DNA of 64,000 nucleotides from Microbotryum violaceum (Eukaryota): NCBI GenBank assembly GCA_001244265.2, contig CDLV01000004.1, positions 2,666,001 to 2,730,000 of the forward strand, read 5' to 3'. Shown piece by piece: positions 51,701 to 64,000 of this stretch (position 1 is its first letter; each line of letters starts with the position of its first letter). The notes under the pieces were generated by a model. It saw only the letters and a program-made list of their open reading frames with translations, ran no database searches and was not told where the DNA came from. The position numbers and the translations under genes were made by a program.

Positions 51701-52395
51701 GTGACGCGCCGGCTTGCCGACGGGCCAATTTGGGAGCTGAGGCCTTCACACATTTTTGCTGCCAGAGGGTGCTTCATCAACTAATCACACAAATCACACA
51801 AAGAAAGGAGGTGCAACTGCGACATTTTGGGAACTTCGCAATGTACCCACGCCGTTTTCTCTTCTTTCATTGCACACTCGCACTCACACACCTCGCCGAA
51901 CGACTATACTTAGTAATCGATAGTCTTTGCTAAAGCAGCTTGGAGTCGGACCTCCCCATGGCTGAGGAGCTTGCGAGTACGAAATTTGCCACCAACAAAG
52001 AGGCACAGACTTACTACTTTCGACTGAGAGGAGGCTCTGCAAACGATCGTTGGCAAGCTAGCTAGTTCAGCTGAGAAAGTAAAGTCAAAGACGTCACGGC
52101 GGTCGTTCCCAGAAGTGGTCTAGCTAAGAACAAAACGCAAACTCCCCTCAAACGTTCCGACCATTCAAACCGCTGTGCTCCTTTCATTCCCCTTCGTCCC
52201 TTTGTCCGCGCATCCGGCCCGGTCTTCCACTCAAATCCCGCCACATGATTCGTCGCTGACAGTCAAGTCCGAGTCACCGAAGTACTGAGTTTATCCGGGA
52301 TCGCTTAACCGCTGAGAAATCTGCCAAAACCGGCGTTTGGCAGATCCCTACCCGGACTAGTGGAAATTGAAACGACTCCCGACTTGGCCCTCGAA

Positions 52396-52494
52396 ACGAC
52401 TTCGGAACTCGACCCTGCTTTGACCAGCACGACTTCGGAACTCGACCCTGCTTTGACCAACACGACTTCGGAACTCGATCCTGCTTCGACCGAA
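52396..52494 (+). repeat. 33-bp tandem repeat x3 (TTSELDPALTx) in a degenerate ORF
   Basis: ACGACTTCGGAACTCGACCCTGCTTTGACC repeats with period 33. Confidence 0.85.
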
Positions 52495-52949
52495 ACAACT
52501 CCGCTACAACCGCTGCTTCCGACGGAATTCCAAGTACCACAGACCTCGCTAAAATGACGCAACCCCACTACAACCGGAATGACTCCTGACGGGGCCCGCT
52601 ATGTCGGAAATGTCTCCCGCGGAATTCCCAGACAACCTGAGTCCGGCCCGCTATGTCGGAAATGCCTCCGACGGGATCCTGGGTACCATAGTGGTGGTTC
52701 AGGAACTGCGAAATCCACGTGACGATACGCAGGACACTGCGGCATGCCAAGAAGCGTACATTTTATTCGCAGGCTTTTCGTTCGGGCTGATCGCACCAGC
52801 CAGCCGTACAAACACGGAAGCCAAACCAGGCAAGGTGCACAGAGACGTTGAGGGCAGTTGTCACCGGAAAATCTCATCGACCACTCCTCACGCCTGCTGG
52901 GTCAATGTCCATAGCGTACATGTCACCAAAATCAATGTGACCAGCTCAG

Positions 52950-55900
52950 TGTAAGGCGTGCGCCTTACTACGGGCCACAGGTATTAGAAATAGAGATCGC
53001 GCGCACCTAGCTTCTTCAGTTCCCTCCCCATCGGGCTGACACCAGAAGCTAGGTGAGTACTGGTGTTCCATATCTCAGCACTCTCGTATATCGGGCTGAC
53101 ACCAGAAGCTAGTTGCAATCCATATAACTTGCACCTGTCAGCTAGGTCGCCAGTGAGGCTCGAGAGCGATCTCGTGCCTTTCACTTTTTTTTTGACAACA
53201 TCGAGTTCATTGGTACCCCAACGATACGGCCTACGTTCATCAGGCCCGGCCGTAGTCGAACCATCGAACCCATCGACTAGCCCAGATCGGTCGAGGCAAG
53301 CCGATCCCACAACCATAGCACGCAGACTCCCAGCCCCAGCACTGCCCAGCACGCCCAGCAACCCCAGCACACCCACACACGCACCGCCTTCGCACGCCTC
53401 ACCAGCCGACATCGCACCATCCCTGCGCACCATGCCCACGCCCACCGTGCCCAGCCACAGCCCCACGTATAAACCCAATGACCCTCCCCAACTCCATAGC
53501 ACCTCGATGGAGGCCTTGCGCGAATACTTCATGCGCCTGGACTTCTACAACCGTCGCATCGCCCGTACACCCATCACGAGCGACTACGATAAGATCGAGG
53601 GGGCCGGTATGGGGTTGCAGGTCTTTGCGCTCAAGACCTGGTTCACCCAGGGCCTGAGCAAGCACCTTGCAAAGCCATACGCTCAGTTCAAGTCGGAACT
53701 GATTTGCCGGGCTGTACCAGCGGACTTCATCTGGACCCAGCTCGCCAAACTCCACCGTCTACGCCAAGCCCTTGGCCACAACATCGACGCCTTTCAGGAA
53801 TTCTCCGATCAGATACGCTCACTGCAAATGGAGATTGGCTTCCAGGTTGTCTCCGACCAAGAAGTGGCCAAGCTGGTTCTCCTGGGCACCGATCCGGAAC
53901 TCTGCCGGATCCTCCGCACCCACATGGTCTCGTCGCTGGCTGGCTGGTCGGACCTCTCGCTCGAGAAGCTTGCCCTCGACGCTCCGGTGGTCCCTACCAG
54001 TCCGGAGGCCGCTGAGGTTTTTAGTGACGCACACACGGACCAACCTCTCGAGTTCGATTACCAAGTCTTTGAGAGGATTGGTCGCGAGGAATGGAGCGTC
54101 ATTGCGCAGCAATGCCAAGCCATTGCGACCCAGGTCAGTGCGCTACAACAGCGCCCCACGTACTCGCGACCCGCTGCAGCCTCGGCTGCACCCCACGTTG
54201 CGACAGCTGCTACCGGCCATTCCCCAATCACGGGTGGCCCCCGCCCCGTCGCCCGACTCACCGTCGACGAGCGCGCGTGCCTGGACGAGAACCACGGATG
54301 CTATTGCTGCCGCACTCTCAACGCCGACCACATCTCGCGCAACTGCCCCCGCTACTTGTCACCCATGGGAGTGTCCGCCACTCCGTTGACGCCAACGTCG
54401 ACCGCTCCTGCGCCTCGCCCCGGGCCCCGTATGGTGGCGGCCATTTGCACCTTCCAAGAAACTGGCGATTCAACCGTGTTCGCCAGCCTCAGCAGCGACT
54501 CGGAGGACGACAACAATCCTTCGTACGCACCGCATCCCTTTCCCCCTTACCCGTCTCCCTAGCCGGCGCTCATGGTACTCTCCTTGCCTCCGCCCTAGTC
54601 AATTCGGGATCGCCTCAAATGTTTCTCAGTGAGGAGCTTGTTCAGCGACTGGGTTTGGAACGGCGCGCCCTGGAACAGCATTCAAAGTACACCCTTGCAA
54701 TGCAAAACCAAGCCCCCACTGTCTTCACCTGCACGCACTTTGTTCAAGTCCCGCTCGAGCTGGCCAATGGGCTCTGGGCCGCAGGACCGACGTACGCCGA
54801 GGTAGCGCCCCTTGACGTACGCCGAGGTAGCGCCCCTTGGGAAGGACCTTGCAATCATCTTGGGAGGCAACTTCATCTATTGGCACAAGATGGAGTTCGG
54901 CCTCTTCCCTCAGCCACACCTCACCTGCAAAGCCAACCCCATACACGCTATAGACCTGCTGGCGCTGTCGTCCCAGCTGTGCGCTGCCGCGCGGGTTGCC
55001 GCAATTGCTCCGGTTTCTGACGACGAGGAGCAGCTCCGCCTTGCCGCGCTTGACCATCGCCTCCGAGCGGAGTTTGCCGACCGTTTTCCTGCGGATATCC
55101 CGCCTGTACACTCGTACCAATCCCCGGTGCGACACCGTATTGAGCTTGACACTCCGTCCACTGTTGTCAACCTTGCCGGACGACATTCTCTCAACGTGCT
55201 CCAATGCGCAATTCTGGGCCAAGATTGACATGACCAACTCCTTCTTTCAGACCAAGATGGCGGAGGAAGACATCCATAAGACGGCCGTGTCCACACCTTG
55301 GGGTTTGTACAAATGGACCGTCATGCCCATGGGCCTCTGCAATGCCCCTGCCACCCACCAACGACGTGTCAACGAGGCCCTCCAAGGCCTGCTTGGCACC
55401 ATCTGCTTCGTCTACCTCGACGACATCACCATCTTTGCGGATACACTGGAGGAGCACGAGGCCCGTGTTCGCCAAGTCCTGGATGCGCTGCGCCGTGCCG
55501 AACTCTATTGCTCGCCAACCAAAACCAACCTTGCCACTGCGGAGTGCTCGTTCCTTGGCCACATCATCAACCGCGCCGGGGTGCAAGCGGACCCCAAGAA
55601 GATCCAGCGCATTGAAGACTGGTCACTACCCAAGACGGTCAAGGAACTCAGGGGTTTCTTTGGGCTGGTGCAGTATCTTCACAAGTTCATCCCTGGCCTT
55701 GCTGAGCACACCGCCGCACTGACTCCCTTGATGCGCCAAGGACTCTCATCTATTGCCACGCTCTGGACACCCAACGAGGTCCGCCAGTTCAAAGCCATCA
55801 AGGCCATTGTCACCTCACTTGACTGCCTTCGGCCGCCCTACCACTCCACCAACGCCGCTCCGTTCTGGGTGATGACTGATGCAAGCAATCAGGGAATTGG

Positions 55901-58004
55901 TGGTGTCCTCCTCCAGGGTCAGGAGTGGAAGGTGGCGCGCCCCATTGCGTACTGGTCCAGGCAATACATACCCGCTGAACGCAACTACCCCACACACAAG
56001 CAGGAACTCCTTGCCATTGTCAAAGCACTCAAGGAATGGCGCATTGACTTGCTTGGCGGCCACTTCCACATCCTCACTGATCACTCCACACTCGAGCACT
56101 TCCAGACCCAGCGCACCGTTCTTTCTCGCCGACAAGCCCGTTGGCTGGACACCCTGGCCGAATTTGATTACGACCTTCAATACCTGCCCGGCAAGGACAA
56201 CATCGTAGCCGACGCCATGAGTCAATACTCTTTCACCGACCCACTGCCCACCCTAGTGGCCGCTGTCTCCCACGTCAAGCTTTCGGATGCTGTCAAGCAG
56301 CAGATCCTCAACGCGTACAAGACCAACCCATTCTGCCAGCAAGCCATGTCTAACATTGGCTCGGTCACATCGGACTTCAAGATTGTTGATGCATTGCTGT
56401 ATTTACGGGGCCGGCTTATCATTCCATCACTAGCCCCGCTCCGTGAGTCCATCCTTCACGATACTCATGATGCGCAGGGGCACCTAGGTGATATGAAAAC
56501 GTACCGAACCGTTCAGCAGGCATACTTCTGGCCCAACATGTCCCGGGACGTCAAGCACTACGTCCAACAATGTGATTCTTGTCAGCGGACCAAGGCTTCT
56601 ACCACTCGCATCGCTGGCAAACTCCAGTCGCTCCCTGTCCCAACGCGACCCATGGCCAACATTGCCATTGATTTTGTCGGACCGCTGCCCGCCAACAAAG
56701 GCTTTGACCGCGTGTTGACAATCACCGACCGCCTGTCGGGATACATCCGTTTGCTCCCTGCCCGCGAAGTTGACACCGCAGCGGAGGTTGCCGCGCGCTT
56801 CCATGAAGGATGGCACCGCATTTTTGGCCTCCCTCAAAGCATTGTCTTGGACCGGGACAAGCTGTTCACAAGCAAGTTCTGGACTGCCCTGCACAAGCGC
56901 CTGAATATCAAGCTCCAGCTCTCTTCAGCGTTTCACCCGGAGACGGACGGTCGCAGCAAGAAAAGGAACAAGACTGCCTTCCAGATTCTTCGAGCGCTCG
57001 TCAACAAGGAGGAATCCAACTGGGCGGAGTGCCTTGCTGTCTGTGAGTATGCCATCAACTCGTCTCTCAATGTCGCTACCGGAAACCCCTTCGAGCTCGT
57101 GCTTGGCTACACGCCCTCCCTCGCCCCGCTTGCCCGTGTCGACGGTGATTACGACTTGCCGTCCGTTAAGGAGTTGCTTGCGCTTCGATTCCAAGCCTGC
57201 AAAGACGCCCGGGACCAGCTCGCCATTTCCAAGGTTCGGCAGGCAGCACAGTCCAACAAGAAGCGCCAGGATGAACCCTCTTGGGCCGTTGGGGATCTTG
57301 TTCTTCTCGACTCAAGTGATCGCCGAAAACGGCTCCACACCCGCAAGCGCCACGCAGCCAAGCTCATGGACCGCTTTGACGGTCCCTATCGCATTGTCAA
57401 GGCCCAACCGGAAATCTCGTCCTACACCCTGCAACTGAACGGGGATGATGCAGCAGTACCATTCTTTCACACAGGCAAGCTCAAGACCTACCGCAAGAAC
57501 AACACAGCCCTGTTCCCCAACCGTGAACCTGCGAGACTGGGCCCAGTGGATGTGGCAAGCCGGAGTACATCATTGAAGACATTGTCGACAAGAGGATCCG
57601 TGCTGGCAAGCAGCAATACCTTGTCTTGTGGCTCTCGTGGCCGTCAGACAGCAATTCATGGGAGCCTGCCGAGGCACTGGAGGATACGGAGGCATTGGAT
57701 AGGTGGGAGCATCGGAACGAGGAGTAGGATTTTTGACCGGAGGAGGGGATTTGTTTCAAGGCGAGGAGAATGTAAGGCGCGCGCCTTACTACGGGCCACA
57801 GGCACTAGAAATAGAGATTACGCGCACCTAGCTTCTTCAGTTCCCTCCTCATCGGGCTGACACCAGAAGCTAGGTGAGTACTGGTGTTCCATATCTCAGC
57901 ACTCTCGTATATTGGCCTGACACCAGAAGCTAGTTGCAATCCATATAACTTGCACCTGTCAGCTAGGTCACCAGTGAGGCTTGAGAGCAATCTCGTGCCT
58001 TTCA
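52950..58004 (+). mobile_element. Chromoviral Gypsy family G1, full span, degenerate
   Basis: 234-bp LTRs 52950-53183 and 57771-58004, TSD CTCAG. Gag to 54562; protease with D>N change (LVNSGS); 26-bp tandem duplication ~54789-54840; deletion in RT N-terminus ~55172; YLDD, RNase H, integrase, chromodomain. Confidence 0.95.
53053..53112 (+). other. Predicted 60-nt intron in G1 LTR (also 57874-57933)
   Basis: GTGAGT donor, GCTGAC branch, TAG acceptor; 23-nt repeat at 53030-53052 and 53090-53112; absent at 14257-14431. Confidence 0.78.
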
Positions 58005-58292
58005 CTCAGCAGCAACAATGGCACTCGCACTCATGTGCCGCGCCGAGCGCCACGACGTTGCTTCCGGTTGCTCAAGATAACAACTCAGCCTCGGCTCCTC
58101 GATTACGTTGGCGCGGATGTTCTTCCGTCTCCAAGTCGTGCGCACACCAGTGGCCAGAGCGATGATCCTCTGGAACCGCATACAACTCTTCAAGACATGG
58201 GTTGACTCCCACGTGCCAATATTCATCTCCTATGCTGTCGAAGCGGCGACACGGGAGGGCGATGCGGACCTTGGGATTGAGAAGTGGAGCAT

Positions 58293-60939
58293 TGTTGTCG
58301 GTTCAAGCTTTGCTGTCATATGAGTGATGCAGGCGGAAGCTAGGCGCGCGGGTGCTTAGGCTGGAGTGTGGGCGCACAGCTGAGGGTTGGCTGAGGCCAG
58401 GTGGATGGCTGGATTAGGAAGGAGGTTTGCCCAGCGACAGAGGCTGTTCTTAGTTGCATCTTGGGGCTACTCTCTTGTTCTTTTCCTCATCACTTAATCT
58501 TACAACTTCGTGGTCCTGACTTTGGCGTGTTATCACAACGCATCTCTGCCCCGCTTAGGAGCGCGAGACTATCAAATTCACAACAGGTTATGAGCCTGAC
58601 GGGTTCCGCCACCCGCTCTCATAAGTCGGACAACATGTTTGCTGTGTCCAACAAATCATCGTCTGAGGTACTACGACGTACCAACTACGACACCTGGGCA
58701 CAAGAGATGAGCTTGCTCTTGCGCTCCCACGATCTTTGGAAAATCACCAAGATCGGAATGGATCCGTCGATCACCGAGATTCCAGAGATCATTGATCCCG
58801 ATCTCGATCTCTACATCGATTCGGTCCCGCTCGCCAACCACATGCTCAACGACTCGTTGTCGCCCGTAGAATCTAGGGAATTGCATCTTGATGCTCGTGC
58901 ATCTTACCTCATCATTCGATCTCTCGATCCTGCCAACAAGTCATTGATCAGCAACTGCTCCACGGCGAACCAGCGCTGGGATGCTCTGCGCACCTATCAT
59001 CTAGGCGAGCGCAACTCGCAAATCGCTTGATCTCGGCGCAACTTTCAAGGATGCTCTATACGGGTAAATCTTCGATCTCCTTGGAAGATCATATGATCAA
59101 AATTCGCGACCTCAACCTCAAGGCGAAGCAACTTGGCTACCCGAGGTCAAACACCGAAATCGCGTTTCAAATGCTGAACTCGGTAACGGATCCCACGTGG
59201 GCGAACACGATTGAGGCTTTATCCCTCACCAGCGACCCTACACCGACCAAGATAATAGCACGTATAAAGGAGCGTGAAGTCACTTTCGCGCTCACAAACC
59301 GCATTCAAGGCGGAACGTCTCTTCTTCTTCCCAACGACCCCACAACCGTTCAGACTGTTGCGACCAACTCTGCTTCGGATCACAAGGGATCGCGCAAGAC
59401 GGGGAAGAAATCTCGGAACAGGCGCAAACCTACCGACACTTGCACTCGATGCAATGGAAACGGTCATGGGGCCTGCGACAAGGAATGCCCCGGCAAACGC
59501 CCTGAATCCGTCGCATCGGTCAATGAAGGACATAATTCCAAGTCTGGTCCTCCTTCCCGCTTTGTAGTTGGCGCTCACGTTGCACGTGAAATGCCAACTG
59601 CCTCTTCGTCTCGTTATTCTACGGCTCTTGCCACTGCGAGAGATCCCACTTCAAAGCTTGAGTGGGTTGGCGACTCTGGAGCCATTCGCCATCTGATCGG
59701 CGATCGCTCCCTCCTTCGAAACTTCACTCAAGATCCCATTGCCATTCAAGTTGCGGATGGTTCGATCCAAGAAGTCGAAGGCTATGTTGAACTCTCCGTT
59801 ACTACCAAAGAAGGCAACATTATCGACTTCAAGAACGTCTACTGTTTGCCTGGAGCAAATTTGGCCCTCATCTCGTTCTTTTCACTCTGTGATAACGGAT
59901 TCAAGCTTCGTATGACGGATGGCGGTAAGACTATTAGTGTCTACTTGGACAACAAGTTCGTCTGCGCTACCGAGCGTGACACCGCCTACTACTTTGATTT
60001 CACCATCTACAATGAACCTGTGGCTGTTGTCACGCGCACTTCAGCTGGTGCTCCGCTTATGTGGTGGCATCGTGTCTTTGGTCATCTTTCACCTCACACC
60101 ATTCTCAACATGGTATCTACCAAGATGATCGTCGACATCAAGATCTTGGATGACACGATTCACGACTGCGAGACCTGCATTGTTGCGAACTCTCGCGCTG
60201 CACCGTTTCAACATGTCAGTTGTGAGCCGACCGAGGTTCTCTACCGTGATTTTCATCAACCTCGGTTTCGTCAATGTTCCAGATCACAAAGGACGCTTCG
60301 TCTATCTTGTCATCGTTGATCAACTTTCCTCGATGAAATGGACTTATCCCTTGACTTCCAAGTCCGCTGCCGAAGTTCTCCAGGTGTTCTGTCGCTTTCA
60401 AGCTCAAGCGGAACGCATCACCGGCAAGACTATCAAGTTCGTTCGTTCGGACAACGGCGGTGAATTCCTCAACCGGTCTTTTGAAGCGGAGTTTACTCGA
60501 CTTGGTATCACCCACGAGTTCACTGCTCGCTACACCCCCGAACAAAATGGCAAGGCTGAACGTGCAAACAGCTCGCTCTTTGCTATGGTGCGGGTGATGC
60601 TCAAGGATGCTGGACTTCCAGGCTCTTACTGGACCTATGCTCTAGATATGGCAACTTTCATCGCCAATCGCATGCAGCATCCTCGCTTCAAGAAGAAAAC
60701 CATCTTCGAGATCTTCTATGGCAAGAAACCGAGCGTCGGCCATCTCCGACCCTTTGGTGCTATCGCCTTCGTGCTCTTGCCTCGTCAGCTGCGTCGCAAG
60801 CTTGACAATCATGCCAAGAAGGGCATCTTTGTAGGATATTCCGGCGAGTACCACTACATGGTTCTCGTCAACTACACTACCTCTCCCAAGGTCCTCATAT
60901 CTCGTGACGTCACTTTCACTGACTCGCTTTCTGAGGTTC
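58293..60939 (+). mobile_element. Copia family C, 5' LTR plus gag-protease-integrase, 3'-truncated and degenerate
   Basis: Putative LTR TGTTG...CAACA 58293-58585, PBS GGTTATGAGCC at 58586, DSGA protease, integrase RSDNGGEF...PEQNGKAER; in-frame stop at 59028 and frameshift ~60250. Confidence 0.88.
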
Positions 60940-63914
<2,975 letters not shown>

Positions 63915-64000
63915 AAAAAAAAAAAAAAAAAAAGGTGTAAGGCTCGGTTGCCTTACGCTATTTAACTACCCTTCTGATTTCAATATGCATTTATTGAAAT

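Noticed and set aside
52396-52494. 33-bp repeats as a CRISPR-like array
   Set aside because: Head-to-tail with no unique spacers, in-frame period, eukaryotic context, no cas genes.
52560-58292. Host gene interrupted by G1
   Set aside because: The reconstructed flanks contain stops and no recognisable domain, so no product can be supported.
58293-58585. X-intron-X layout in the Copia C LTR
   Set aside because: No direct repeat with an abutting GT donor found; it may be intron-less or never had one.

Overview
Eukaryotic DNA, almost certainly from a basidiomycete fungus: short spliceosomal introns, chromoviral Gypsy elements, Copia elements and CpG/TCG-biased transitions. A Pucciniomycotina such as Microbotryum is my inference, not shown by the sequence. 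The first ~18 kb holds the host genes: a peroxisomal Lon protease broken by a frameshift and a Copia insertion, a DAHP synthase, signal peptidase subunit SPC3 and an orphan single-pass membrane protein. The rest is a deeply nested pile of transposons that can be resolved by target-site duplications: three Copia families (A, B, C), four chromoviral Gypsy families (G1-G4), a solo LTR, a truncated DIRS/Ngaro-like element, Helitron-like units, a TIR element with cargo and a MITE. The most striking observation is that five unrelated LTR families (2 Copia, 3 Gypsy) share one LTR architecture: GCGCGC box, CT tract, repeat X, GT donor, spacer, then repeat X again ending in AG. This is a spliceosomal intron whose 3' end duplicates the preceding exon, and intron-less LTR variants sit in the same window. 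I infer it lets a retroelement splice its 5' leader yet rebuild the intron during reverse transcription. Also notable: a Copia with non-canonical AG...TT termini, two Gypsy families with T9-GACAAC in place of a tRNA primer-binding site, a Tf1-type self-priming element, and an integrated snap-back Copia cDNA. All coordinates were read by eye.
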